A stretch of 64,000 bases of DNA from Eledone cirrhosa (GCA_964016885.1 OZ024742.1:98456001-98520000), one strand, 5' to 3'. Shown: positions 1 to 14,999, counted from the stretch's first letter. Numbers and translations: made by a program. Notes: a model not told the origin generated them from the sequence alone.

Positions 1-230
1 GAATAAATTTTACACTAGATAAACTTCTATATTAAATATAAGACCATCTGTAGATCAAATGGGTATCCTAAACTTTTGGAATATTTTCTGCTAGACAGGA
101 TTTGGTAAATAATTTTTGGTTTTGTTTGCTTTTGATCCTGATGCTTATAACGAACTTGGCAATATATTGTCAATTAACTTTGAAGGGTTGATCTCTGTGG
201 TTGATTTTCGGGGCATACTATGTTTTATTT
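1..230 (-). pseudogene. Possible decayed N-terminus of a PLE ORF running off the window edge
   Basis: One minus-strand frame reads KQNQKLFTKSCLAENIPK, resembling the F..C....IPK motif near PLE ORF starts. It is interrupted by stops. An oppositely oriented HHR-bearing pLTR-like segment lies at 1241-1430. Confidence 0.25.
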
Positions 231-1240
231 TTATTTTAATATTTTTAATATTTTTAATATTTTTAATATTTTTATTTTTATTTTTAATATTTTTTTGATT
301 TTTTTGTTTTTTATTTACTTTTTGTTTCTGATATTTTTATTGATATATTGATATCTTCTCTATTTATGCTTGAACGATAATCATGTAGAGTAAAGACATG
401 AATAGTATTGTTAAAATTAATGTAGACTCTATATATATTCGTGTGTATGTACACATATATGTATACTTAAATTTTTATAACAGAATGAGAATGTTTTCGT
501 GTGAAATAGGATTTTGCAGAGCTGATCACGTAAATTCAGATGGATGTATATAGTATAAAATCTGGGATAACCTTCTATTTTATCTCAACTCTAATATAAA
601 CCTAGGAATTTTAGACTAGACATATGATCATTATTTATCACACATTATTGATACGTGTCTCATTCATGAATACTGATATTTACATTATAATGCCTGTTTT
701 ATACGAATTGATATTTTTTACATTGATGAAACATGGTGTTTTAATTCTGCCTCGTTTTTGTCTGGATATTTTTCTTTTCTCTCTATGTAACGGCTCTTAA
801 CCACATATATCTCTCTCTACATTAATATTAGAGCTAAATAAATAAATAAATAAATAAATATATCATTGATACGTCATTCAACTGGTGCCCAACTACCTAG
901 TTTCTTTCTCTCTATCTCTATCTATATCTATCTCTCTATATTTTCTCTCTCTCTCTCTCTCCTCTCTTCTCTCTCTCTCTCACTATCTATCTCCCTCTGT
1001 GTTCTTTTCCTCTCTCTATATATCTCTCTCTGTTTCTTTACATGAATTTCTTCTCTATATCTATTTCTCTATATCTATCTCTCTCTACTTAGTTGCATGC
1101 ATTTCTTCTTTTTCTTCGTTTTTCTTCTTTCTTTTTATAACTGTCCCTAATATTTTTTCATTACCAAATCAACTTTTCAAATAGAAGTCGAAGTTGAAAG
1201 GTATGTCGAATCTATCTATTTATAAGACTGTTTATATTGT

Positions 1241-1304
1241 ATTTTGTCTGAAGAAGGCATAACATATTTTTAATATGATATCCCTGAAATATATATAATG
1301 AAAT
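1241..1304 (+). ncRNA. Type I hammerhead ribozyme (PLE pLTR type)
   Basis: attttgt-CTGAAGA-agg c ata a catatt ttt aatatg a tat c cct-GAAAT atat ATA-atgaaat. Stem I is 7 bp (2 GU), stem II is symmetric, stem III is palindromic. Confidence 0.7.
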
Positions 1305-1436
1305 AAATATGGTTTTGTAAATATAGTTTCCATTTATTTAATATCGTAAATATACTCCAAATACTTGTTGAGTGCTTTTATATCAGTTATAAATATTTAC
1401 TCGTTGTTAACCCAACAATTTAAATAAAACTTTGCA

Positions 1437-2346
<910 letters not shown>

Positions 2347-2350
<4 letters not shown>

Positions 2351-2501
2351 GATGAGATTCTACAGGACTAGAACTGATGATTTCTAAAGAATGAAACAGT
2401 TCTAGTCCTGTAGAATCTCATCTATATTAAAACTGTTATACTCCGCAATGTATTGAGTACCTTACTTACTGTGGTTACCTCCGATTCAACCCGGAATAAC
2501 G
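2347..2501 (+). mobile_element. Short PLE fold-back remnant (family A) with HHR core at 2374-2417
   Basis: gatgagattctacaggactagaactg is inverted against cagttctagtcctgtagaatctcatc. Core CTGATGA-t ttc taaa gaa t-GAAACAG..CTGTA; the 5' strand of stem I is lost at the inversion point. Flanked by (TA)n. Same family at 14821-14999. Confidence 0.75.
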
Positions 2502-2507
2502 TATATA

Positions 2508-2566
<59 letters not shown>

Positions 2567-2761
2567 AGATAAATCTACCAAGAGTTTACGGTAGTGTCTA
2601 ATCCGTATGAAGAACTCAATGTAATCCGGATATCATGGAAAGAAGAGATGCAATGAAAAATCACTTTCGGTGAAAGATAAACGGAATACAGAGTCAAGAT
2701 AAAATATTAAAAAAATAATGAATAAAACAATGAAACAGTTCCTTATATTAAAGAAAAAAAG

Positions 2762-2915
2762 TTCATTATTTAACGATCGTTTCTAGGATATATATGTGTT
2801 AGAATTGGCATGCATATTCAACAGATCTATGTACAAAATTATACAAAATTATACAAACTATCAAAATTAAATATACATACCAACACATATATATGCCGTC
2901 TTCAAAAATAATGAA
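2762..2915 (-). ncRNA. Hammerhead ribozyme with long stem II; core C3U variant
   Basis: Minus strand: ttcattattt-TTGAAGA-long stem II-GAAAC gatc GTT-aaataatgaa, with a perfect 10-bp stem I. Confidence 0.6.
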
Positions 2916-3505
2916 ATATATTTATTGATAATAACAACAATTCAAAATTACAGGTCTGTTTGGGAACAGAGTTCAAATTGACCAATGAAAATACAAAAGG
3001 TTTATACAGTTAGGTGTGTGTATATATATGTAAGTAACTTCGTTCACAGATATGCATAAAGATATATGTTCACATGCATACGCATGCCAAAAAGATGTAT
3101 GTAAATACAAAAATTAAAGGCTAATGTCTCTGTATGTCTATAATCTACAGATAAAATACGTATACACATAAATATAAAATAAATATATACACAGATTCAT
3201 ATACTCACACATATACGTACATTCACACACACACGCGCGTATACGCATAAACATACACACAACCACGAACATACATACACACACACACCCCCACACACAT
3301 ATATATGTGTATATACTATTATCATAAGCATATGGACATTAATGCGCGCACATAAACACTGCCACACATATTTAGATCCAGATACAGAAAGTGGGTGGGG
3401 GGAGAGGTCAGTATTCACCGGTGTCAGCAGACTGCCTATTTATAAATGTATCTATAAATTTAGAGATAAAAAGAAAAGAAAAAGAAAAAAGAAATATATC
3501 AAGAA

Positions 3506-3556
<51 letters not shown>

Positions 3557-3758
3557 AAGTAAAATATAAAATATACATCGATATACATAAACACATACAT
3601 ATACATACACACACCATATAAATACACATACACATACACACACGCATACATATAGAGACACATACATATACACATATAAATACATAGACATATACACATA
3701 TACACACATATATATATATACACACACATACACGCATACATATATATATACATTCACA

Positions 3759-3817
<59 letters not shown>

Positions 3818-3930
3818 CATGGATGTATGTATATACGCATTGTATGTATATACGCATACATGGATGTGTATGTATGTGTATATATGCGTATATGTATGTG
3901 TGTATGTGTGTGTGAGTATATATATGTCTA

Positions 3931-3975
<45 letters not shown>

Positions 3976-4053
3976 TATATGTGTGTGTGTGTGTATATAT
4001 ATCTTTATATATGTGTATGTGTATGTGTGTGTGTGTATGTGTGTATATATATA

Positions 4054-4108
<55 letters not shown>

Positions 4109-4206
4109 GTGTGTGTGTGTATGTGTATATATATATATATACATTTATATGTGGGTATGTAAGTGTATGTGTGTATATACATGAGTGTGTTTATATATGT
4201 GTGTAG

Positions 4207-4266
<60 letters not shown>

Positions 4267-4480
4267 GTATGTGTGTTGTGAATGTATATATATATATGTA
4301 TGCGTGTATGTGTGTGTATATATATATATGTGTGTATATGTGTATATGTCTATGTATTTATATGTGTATATGTATGTGTCTCTATATGTATGCGTGTGTG
4401 TATGTGTATGTGTATTTATATGGTGTGTGCATGTATATGTATGTATTTATGTATATCGATGTATATTTTATATTTTACTT

Positions 4481-4549
<69 letters not shown>

Positions 4550-5140
4550 CTTGATATATTTCTTTTTTCTTTTTCTTTTCTTTTTATCTCTAAATTTATA
4601 GATACATTTATAAATATGCAGTCTGCTGACACCGGTGAATACTGACCTCTCCCCCCCACCCACTTTCTGTATCTGGATCTAAATATGTGTGGCAGTGTTT
4701 ATGTGCGCGCATTAATGTCCATATGCTTATGATAATAGTATATACACATATATATGTGTGTGGGGGTGTGTGTGTGTATGTATGTTCGTGGTTGTGTGTA
4801 TGTTTATGCGTATACGCGCGTGTGTGTGTGAATGTACGTATATGTGTGAGTATATGAATCTGTGTATATATTTATTTTATATTTATGTGTATACGTATTT
4901 TATCTGTAGATTATAGACATACAGAGACATTAGCCTTGAATTTTTGTATTTACATACATCTTTTTGGCATGCGTATGCATGTGAACATATATCTTTATGC
5001 ATATCTGTGAACGAAGTTACTTACATATATATATACACACACCTAACTGTATAAACTTTTTGTATCTTCATTGGTCAATTTGAACTCTGTTCCCAAACAG
5101 ACCTGTAATTTTGAATTGTTGTTATTATCAATAAATATAT

Positions 5141-5294
5141 TTCATTATTTCTGAAGACGGCATATATATGTGTTGGTATGTATATTTTATTTTGATAGTT
5201 TGTATAATTTTGTATAATATTGTACATAGATCTGTTGAATATGCATGCCAATTCTAACACATATATATCCTAGAAACGATCGTTACATAATGAA
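5141..5294 (+). ncRNA. Hammerhead ribozyme with ~115-nt stem II domain
   Basis: ttcattattt-CTGAAGA-cggc atatatatgtgttgg...ctaacacatatatat ccta-GAAAC gatc GTT-acataatgaa. Stem III is the palindrome aacgatcgtt. Confidence 0.7.
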
Positions 5295-5348
5295 CTTTTT
5301 TTGTTTAATATAAGGAACTGTTTCATTGTTTTATTCATTATTTTTTAA

Positions 5349-5481
<133 letters not shown>

Positions 5482-5490
5482 ATACATATA

Positions 5491-5528
<38 letters not shown>

Positions 5529-5654
5529 TATTTATATATATATATATATACATGTATATTTATATATATATATATATATACATATATATTTATATATATA
5601 TATATATATACATATATATTTATATATATATATATATATACATATATATTTATA

Positions 5655-5702
<48 letters not shown>

Positions 5703-5822
5703 TATAGACATAGAATATTCGAAAATATTCTGTATGTTTATAATAAACATTTTGAAGACCTAATCGCTATAGAATAGAATACGTCACGTATTACAATTAG
5801 ATTCTCGATAAAAGCAAGGGAA

Positions 5823-5865
5823 GTAATCTACGCGTTTCATTCTCGTTAGAAATCATCAGGACTAC
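5823..5865 (-). ncRNA. Minimal type I hammerhead ribozyme, repeat unit 1
   Basis: Minus strand: gtagtc-CTGATGA-t ttct aacg agaa t-GAAAC gc GTA-gattac. Confidence 0.85.
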
Positions 5866-6132
5866 ATATCCAGTGCTTTTATCGAGAATGACACAGCTAG
5901 AGACTTATAGAATACTTAGCTGTGTACAGGAACTGGTTTGAAAGAGCGGTTGCCGGTCCGGCAGAAATTAGAAATTGGAATAAATGCTCTGAAATAGCGA
6001 TATATATGTGAATATAGACATAGAATATTCGAAAATATTCTGTATGTTTATAATAAACATTTTGAAGACCTAATCGCTATAGAATAGAATACGTCACGTA
6101 TTACAATTAGATTCTCGATAAAAGCAAGGGAA

Positions 6133-6175
6133 GTAATCTACGCGTTTCATTCTCGTTAGAAATCATCAGGACTAC
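6133..6175 (-). ncRNA. Minimal type I hammerhead ribozyme, repeat unit 2
   Basis: Same sequence as 5823-5865. Confidence 0.85.
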
Positions 6176-6442
6176 ATATCCAGTGCTTTTATCGAGAATG
6201 ACACAGCTAGAGACTTATAGAATACTTAGCTGTGTACAGGAACTGGTTTGAAAGAGCGGTTGCCGGTCCGGCAGAAATTAGAAATTGGAATAAATGCTCT
6301 GAAATAGCGATATATATGTGAATATAGACATAGAATATTCGAAAATATTCTGTATGTTTATAATAAACATTTTGAAGACCTAATCGCTATAGAATAGAAT
6401 ACGTCACGTATTACAATTAGATTCTCGATAAAAGCAAGGGAA

Positions 6443-6485
6443 GTAATCTACGCGTTTCATTCTCGTTAGAAATCATCAGGACTAC
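6443..6485 (-). ncRNA. Minimal type I hammerhead ribozyme, repeat unit 3
   Basis: Same sequence as 5823-5865. Confidence 0.85.
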
Positions 6486-6580
6486 ATATCCAGTGCTTTT
6501 ATCGAGAACTTTTATCCTGTACACAGCTAAGTATTCTATAAGTCTCTAGCTGTGTCATTCTCGATAAAAGCACTGGATAT

Positions 6581-6623
6581 GTAGTCCTGATGATTTCTAA
6601 CGAGAATGAAACGCGTAGATTAC
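6581..6623 (+). ncRNA. Minimal type I hammerhead ribozyme in the inverted copy
   Basis: gtagtcCTGATGAtttctaacgagaatGAAACgcGTAgattac. Stem III is the palindrome acgcgt. Flanking ttctcgataaaagca / tgcttttatcgagaa extends stem I. Confidence 0.87.
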
Positions 6624-6776
6624 TTCCCTTGCTTTTATCGAGAATCTAATTGTAATACGTGACGTATTCTATTCTATAGCGATTAGGTCTTCAAAATGTT
6701 TATTATAAACATACAGAATATTTTCGAATATTCTATGTCTATATTCACATATATATCGCTATTTCAGAGCATTTAT

Positions 6777-6810
<34 letters not shown>

Positions 6811-6812
<2 letters not shown>

Positions 6813-7380
6813 CAGAAAGGTGTAAGCTGGTGCCGATAGCTAATAAGCTTGAAACTAGTACATGATTCCTGTGTCAGTGTTGAAGAAAAGGGCGACGATG
6901 GTTGCCGAGCACTGTACGGTGTAATTCGGGCTGTTTGTTTATAACAAACCGAACATTATAATAAATGTTCTGTAAACCCATACGTACCTATACACATATA
7001 TGTGTGCATGTATGTATATATATATACATACTACTCTGCGTCTGTACACATATATGTATGTACGTATACATGCTTATATTTATATATATATATAAGTATG
7101 TATACGTACATACAAATATGTATACAGACGTACAGTAGTATGTATATATATATACATACATGCACATATATATATATATATATGTACGTATGGATTCACC
7201 GAACATTTATTATAATGCTCGGTGTGTTTGTAAACAAACATCCCGAATTAAGCCGTACAGGGTCTAGCAACCATCGTTGCTCATTTGTTCAACACTGACA
7301 AAGGAACGATGTACTAGTTTCAAGCTTATTAGCTATCGTTTGCAGCGTATACCTTCCTGCCAGATAGTTGAACATCTGAA
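6811..7380. mobile_element. Fold-back copy of repeat family D with degenerate HHR cores
   Basis: Ends are inverted (gatagctaataagcttgaaactagtac at ~6835 vs gtactagtttcaagcttattagctatc at ~7311). Cores are mutated (GTGCCGA, CAAACGA). Confidence 0.7.
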
Positions 7381-7466
7381 AGTATATACTTTCTTTATGC
7401 ATATTAACGGCTGAGCAGCCTAATTTGCGTATCGAGTGAGTTAATCGGCTGGGGTACCGAAAACGA

Positions 7467-7942
7467 TAAACGGAAAAAAATGAAACGAAATTTCATTTCT
7501 CACACTTAGTACGGCTGTTACTTAAATATAAGTATGTATACGTACATACATATATGTATACAGACGTATAGTAGTATCTATATATATATACATACATGCA
7601 CACATATATATATGTACGTATGCATTCACAGAACATTTATTATACTGCTCGGTGTGTTTGTAAACAAACATCCCGAATTAAGCCGTAGTGTCTAGCAACC
7701 ATCGTTGCTCATTTGTTCAACACTGACAAAGGAACGCTGTACTAGTTTCAAGCTTATTAGTTATCGTCAGCAACGTATACCTTCTAGCCATACGTACATA
7801 TATATATATTTGTGCATGTATGTATATATATATATACATACTACTGTACGTCTGTATACATATATGTATGTACGTATACATACTTATATTTAAGTAACAG
7901 CCGTACTAAGAGTGAGAAATGAAATTTCCTTTCTTTTTTTCC

Positions 7943-7947
<5 letters not shown>
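7467..7947. mobile_element. Fold-back copy of repeat family D with ~140-bp inverted ends
   Basis: aaacggaaaaaaatgaaacgaaatttcatttctcac... is inverted against ...gtgagaaatgaaatttcc..tttccgttt. Further copies at 22385-22670, 27290-27715 and 62540-62650. Confidence 0.8.
7734..7776 (-). ncRNA. Minimal hammerhead ribozyme (family D)
   Basis: Minus strand: acgttg-CTGACGA-t aact aata agct t-GAAAC ta GTA-cagcgt. Stem III is the palindrome actagt. Stem II is agct/agct in sister copies. Confidence 0.75.
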
Positions 7948-8001
<54 letters not shown>

Positions 8002-8986
8002 AATGAAAGTACAGCATAATCGAAGTTCCAGCCGCTGCTATGCCGACGAATGCCTTCAGCAGTAGAGCCAAGCACTCGACAAGTTATAAAATTCAGAGTA
8101 ATAACATACAGTTTTAAGGGATTTGCAGATTGAAGATAGCGACCGGTAATTCAGCCGCGTGGTCTGTAGCACGAAAGAACTGACTCGCGAGAAAAAATAC
8201 ATACACATATACATATATACAATATTATTCAATATCTCAATTTATATATATATATATAACAGAATATGTATTTAAAATATCATAGTATTCAAAACATTGC
8301 TATATTAACTCATTAACCGCAGATAGAGATAATTAATTCCTTTGCAAAGTAGAAAACTGTCTGTGACTTCGAAGTCTCAGCTTAGTTGCTTCATCTGACT
8401 GCCAGGTGAAGGGTCTAAGCTGAAACGTCTAACTCATTTCCATTTATCTACTAAGACTATATATATATATTATGTATATATATTATGTATATATATATAT
8501 ATGTGTGTATGTGTATGTGTGTGTGTGTGTGTGTGTGTATACATATGAGTATAAATTAGAAGAGCAAATAGAGGCAAAGTTAATTAATTTTACTTCAATG
8601 CCCAACTACACTTTGGCTGATTTGTGTGAGGTGGGGCACATTGATTTCTGTGAGTCCAATAGCTTATCAAAATATCCCTCGGTCTAAGAAAGAATTCCTC
8701 AAACTGATTATCGCCAGTGTAAATTTTGAAAGAGAAAATAACAGTGGTTTATGGACATCAAGAAGATTAGTAAAGGTTGGACTATTGGCGAGTAATAAAG
8801 CTGCTAGAAGAAACAGTCTATTTCAGCCTAAATTGATAATTTTACAATTTAGTTTTGTAGATCTACAAAAGTAAATTCTAAAATTATCATAAAATTATAT
8901 TAAATTGTTTAGAACTACAAATGAAGTCATTCATTTCCTTTTTTCAAATATACCTAACTGTACCAAGGATTTCATACATTTTCCAA

Positions 8987-9042
<56 letters not shown>

Positions 9043-10257
9043 TCCAGTTCTTTAGAAGTTCACAAGGAATACATGAAGTCTCGGATGGACAAGATTTGTG
9101 GTATGAAATAGGTTGAGAGCTGCTGAATTCCCTCGTATTGACGGTACATATTGAACTTTCGATCCATGTTATTCCATCAAGTTGTTGCTACATATGATCT
9201 ATATTAATGGTATACATTAATAGAAGAATCACAAATTGCCTCTTTTCCTATTACAAAATATCTATCAAGCCCTCTCGCCTACACGGTCGTATTCAATTTT
9301 GTTAACTGATATTTGTCGCGGATGATCCCTAACCATCACTGTGGAAGATTAGCTGAAATATCTAGTCCAGCTTGCGGTGTTCGTGATTGCGGATTGGTAT
9401 CTACCTCCAGGTCATAGCAAATATGTTGATAGTTCTGTGACCGAGGACGCCAGATGTTTTCGCCATTTTAGGTTTAATGAAAAATCTGTGGGAAAGTGAT
9501 GTTTAATTTGTCAGCTTTTTAGTCAACCGAGACAAGGCCTGTCGCTTGTATTCATTTGATATTTGTATCAATGTTTCGTTTCCTAAAGTACTTAATAATT
9601 TATCTAGAATCCATAAAATGAGATGATTGAATGATATTAAGGTTACGTGACACTGGAAGCAATGATCCAATACAAATCATAGAACACGAATTATTGTCTA
9701 ATACATTTTTCTTTTTTCTTCATCAACCTTGAACTTCAGTAAGCATAACTAATGGCTGCTAAAATAAGATCAAGTCCGATTGTTATACTTTGTTATGTTT
9801 GGTGAAGTTTTTGATAACAGTGATCTTCTAAATTACGTTTTCTGAACAATGAATGATGTAATACATTTATTCTTTCTCCATTCTTTTATTAGATTTATTC
9901 TTCAACGACATGTTTTGTTTTTGCTTTTTGCTTTTCTGCTTCATTCTTTTATCATTGCGTCTTTATGAGAATATACCAAGTGGACGTCGTTTGTCTTCCT
10001 TTTCAGTAGTTCACTAACTAAAGTACATATTTCTTAATAGAACACTTAAACACAAGAAGAGAATCTACTCAAATGTATAACACTTTGTTTTCTTTTCACA
10101 TTTTACTCGAATTAGCAACCTAAACACACAGATACATACACATGCGCATACACGCATACACACAAACACACACACACATATATACATGTGTGTGTGTGTG
10201 CATATATGTATAAACGCACACGCACAAACACACGCACACATACACACATAGACGCAT

Positions 10258-10311
<54 letters not shown>

Positions 10312-11643
10312 AGATTCATGCAAACATACATACAACAAACACACTTTCACAGCAATACATTCATTCTCTCTCCTTCTCATTCAAACGCCTATGCGCGCCC
10401 GAAATACACACATGCACATGTGAGCAATGATGATCTCGACACAAAAGACCTGCTGTGATGCACCGCATTCAGAATGGTGTTTTCACTGCTTCTATTTTTT
10501 ACAAGCTGTTGAATTTTGTATTTTCTGGTGAACAATAATACGTAACATAAAAAATAAATCAAAAATGAAAAAAATAAAAACACAAATAAAATTAAAAGGC
10601 AATCTGTGTATAACGAGAAATATTTTTGAACTGCAGAAATGATGCTTTTCTGTTTGTATTGTGTATTTACATTTGTTTCTATCTTCTCCAACATATAAAA
10701 CCAGCATCGTTGAATTAATCTGATGAACAAGAAAAGACTGGAGAAAAATGCTGAAAGAAATGTCAGCAGTTACATAATATTAAAATAATACTGACTGCCG
10801 TCGTTCAAGGTTTAAACTGCCGAATTATTAATATTCTAATGCGGTTTCTAATCCTTCTAGGTAACCAATAAGATGGGTTTGCCTTATTCAATTTATTTGA
10901 ATTCTATTATGTATATATCTTTTTTCAGATGTTGCAACATATTTTATTACTATTTTCCATAATTATCATCTGGTGGCTTTAACTAGAACAAAGCCAGAAA
11001 AATATTACGAAGCACAGAATAAATGAGGAGTGAATACAAAAAGTATAGAACATAAAAATACATGAATATAAGGTGTCAGAAAAAGATGAGAAATATCCTA
11101 GCTACCCTGCACAAATGAGGTATTGAGAAACGGCATACGGGTGGATCTGAAAAAATGTAAAAATTGTACATTGTAGAGAAATTGAATGATTAGTAGAAAA
11201 GAGTGAAAAAGATTGAAGGGAAAGAATAGAATAAGTTATGGGATTAGGTCAAGATAATAGGAGGGTCTTCAAAGTTCAAGTATATTGTTTTGATATTAGA
11301 CGGTAATACTAGTGTAGCATGTTGGATTAAAACAGAATATTTTGAAAGCTCAATACGTGAAAGGAGGTGAAAATATTTTAGAATGAAAATGTAACCAATG
11401 AAAATATAATTGTAGAAAAATGTAGCAAGCTCAGGTGTATATGAGACGCAAAGATCAAGTAGATTTTTTAGAGAGAAGGTGTGGCTACGTTTGTCATCGT
11501 ATAATGCGATGGTCTAACTTATAGGCGTATAATAATGGGTTGAGGAGATAACAATCCATGTTAATTATTGAAACGGGTGTGGAACAGCTTTTTTGTTATT
11601 ACGTCTAATCGGCAGCCGGTAGCCAAGTAACAGCTTCACTTTA

Positions 11644-11710
<67 letters not shown>

Positions 11711-13128
11711 ATTCTATTCTATTCTCTGTCATCTCTCTCATACTTAATTAACGGTTAGCTCTCTCATAATTTCGTCATTGGATACGAATTGAATATCTTT
11801 CTGTCTGTCTTAAATAAACTAAATGAGAACTCCTTTACCGATTGTTATTCCTTCCATTTTAAATACATTTAAGTTGTCTACTTTTCACTGTTACTCATAA
11901 TCTGGTAGTACGCATTTGAACTTACAAAAAGTGTATATATACTTTTTACTGCACAATTTACTCAATTGATTTTATAAAGCAGGAAAATGTTACATACGTT
12001 ATTACAAAACACTATGGATACTTAACTTTTTATTAATATCCTATGAGTAAACATTTCCACCGCATTAATGCAGTTTTTAAACTGTACTCGCAAACCACAT
12101 TCTGCCGAACTACTATTATATAGAGGCAGCATAGTTAATTTTCTTTTTTGAAAATGTTATAATATTGAAAACAATTTTGATTAACACAAAATAAAAAAAA
12201 AATATTTTAAATGCTATTAATGATATACGCAGACTGTCTAACAGAGCTATATCAGTCCCGGATTGTTGCCAAACTTAAATGAACCTAATTGACATTGAAT
12301 ATACGCAACAGAGTAATAAACATGTAAATAAAACAAAATTGAAATTTTTTCATAAAGATAATCACTTCTGCCTACTTCAAGATTATCTGTTTGAAAAGAA
12401 CCAAGTGTCTGAAAGAGCTTTTTTTTTAAATTTTATTATGGGATTTACTTAATATGACAATATCTCTTATTTTCAAAAAAGAAAATGAATGTATATAACA
12501 AGAACCAAAAATCGCAGAAAATAAAAAAGTAAAAATGCATAAATCAAAGTAGAAATACAAAGAAGAAAAACATAAGAAAGAAATTTAGAGAGAAAGTAAG
12601 AAGTAACAAGAGGATTGTAGATGAAAGAAATATAAAGACAGAAATAACAGGAAATAAAGACAGGTATATAGAGAGTAAGAAGTATTAAAATGAATGAACA
12701 TGGAAAAAAAAAATGAAATGAAAAAAGACAATAAATAGATGAAACATAACCAAAAGAAAAAAAAGAATTACGAAGCTGAACAAAAGCAACTAAGAAGAAA
12801 TAAATAAAAATAAAGATGACAGAGGGAAGAAAATTAACTGAGATCGTAAATGAAATTTTATCAAAGACATTGTTCAGAAGAGAATGAATGTGAGCGACGA
12901 AAAGAAGATTGAGAGAGGTGGGGAGTATGATCGTGTATAGTGGTGTATAATGGTGCAATGCATGGGCTGTAGAATCACGTGAAACCGTCTTATCGTTAGT
13001 CAATCTCACGTTAAAGAGAACAAGAGTAATTCGGTATTGTTAATGTTGTCTTACTGTTCACTCTTAATAATGGTGTTTCTTACTGCTATTCCATCACGAC
13101 CAGTGTCTTGTTGCATTGTATATAAACG

Positions 13129-13278
<150 letters not shown>

Positions 13279-14150
13279 TGTGTGTGTGTGTGTCTGTAAA
13301 TATATATATATATATAAATACACACACACACACACACATATATATAATATTAAAGATACTATTTATAGTTATGTATATACTAAACTATAAACAACTATAA
13401 ACAGGGAAGGTGAGTAATTTATTACACACTTATTACCAGTAAGAGAAATAGCTCAATGTAAGAACATCAGTTGTTTTACTGAGCAGTAATATAGAATACC
13501 CAAGTATCAAAGTTATGTTTAAAACAATTAATCGCTGACATTTATTTCTTCGAAAATGTTATTACTATAACAAACATTCAATACAGATATAACTTAACAT
13601 ATGTAATGGATGTGAAATCTGTAACTTTCATATTCTACACACATACAAATTTGAACTATACAGAAAACATCATCGCATTGCACCCACCATAATACACTAA
13701 CATATTCGCTCATAGTGCTAGTATTTCATGTAATACCTTGCCATACAGTACTCATATATGCAGGATATATTTGCTTGTTCTATTCCTTTATATATGACTA
13801 ACGCATGTACTATCTCTTTAATTTAATTATTAGACTATTCTCTTGTATTATCTGTCGCATGTATTCCACCCTTTGCTTTTAATTTTAATTTTAATTTTTA
13901 ATTGTTAATTTTAATTGTAATCTTAATTTGAATTATTGTACAATTCTCGTAAAATACATGTCGCCTCCATTCCACCCTCTAAACATGAAATTGTTGTCCA
14001 CAACATCAATATACATGTATCTGTATGATTCTTCAGTTGAACAGGAGGTTAATTGTATGTACAAACATTAATAATGCTCCAAGCTTAAGTTTGGAAGAAA
14101 CAATTGTCAGCGATTAAATGTTTTAAACATAACTTCGATACGTGTGTAAT

Positions 14151-14211
<61 letters not shown>

Positions 14212-14781
14212 GTATGTATACATCTGTGCGTGTTGCGTGTGTATGTATATATATATTTATGTGTGCACATATATATGTACTGTTGTAGTGAATTGCGTAA
14301 ACACATACAAGCAACACACACACACACTCAAACACACACACATGTAGTTATGCAGACAGGGATAGAGGAGCGCAGCTTTGTGCAAAGTTCTATATTAGGT
14401 AATATAATTCCTATGTTTATAACGTTTATTGTATTATATTTGCAAGAACTTAAATACGTTTTCAATCTAAAAATGTCTCACTACTATTTAGGACGACCGG
14501 ATGATTACAATTCAAGCTGCAATGTTTCACAAATAAAACAATCTCATCAGTATTCATGAACTTCACTTACAGGTAAACGCCATCAAACGTCAGTAGACAT
14601 AGGTACCTTATTATTTTCAAATACTATTTATTGCGATCGACTCTTATTATACGCATCTGTGTTAGGAAATATTACAGATGTTAAAGGTTTCAAAATATAC
14701 TGCTTGCATACACTACTACACACATAAATATGTGTGTTCCCGAGTGCCAGTGCGTTTAGGTATGTGCAAACACTCTCGAAC

Positions 14782-14820
<39 letters not shown>

Positions 14821-14824
<4 letters not shown>

Positions 14825-14999
14825 TTAGATTATACAGGACTAGAACTGTTTCATTCTTTAGAAATCATCAGGATTCCTGATGATTTCTAAAGAATGAAAC
14901 AGTTCTAGTTCTGTAGAATCTCATCTATATTAACACTTTTATACTCTGCTATGTATTGAGTACCTTACTGTGGTTACCTCCGATTCAACCCGGAATAAC
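14821..14999 (+). mobile_element. PLE fold-back remnant family A with back-to-back HHR cores
   Basis: tcatcagga-t-tcctgatga forms the inversion centre. The tail matches 2420-2500. Confidence 0.8.
14872..14920 (+). ncRNA. Type I hammerhead ribozyme (family A)
   Basis: gattc-CTGATGA-t ttc taaa gaa t-GAAACAG ttctagtt CTGTA-gaatc. Confidence 0.7.

Larger units (their letters stand above)
5701..6782. repeat. 310-bp HHR-containing tandem repeat (2.6 copies) plus an inverted copy; retrozyme-like / PLE pLTR array
   Basis: aatatagacatagaatattc recurs at 5701, 6011 and 6321. The third copy ends at ~6508. An inverted copy spans 6516-6782. Flanked by (TA)n. Confidence 0.92.

Noticed and set aside
8570-9560. 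Higher-complexity stretch that might hold host exons (also 52700-53500)
   Set aside because: Manual translation gave no sustained ORF or recognisable motif.
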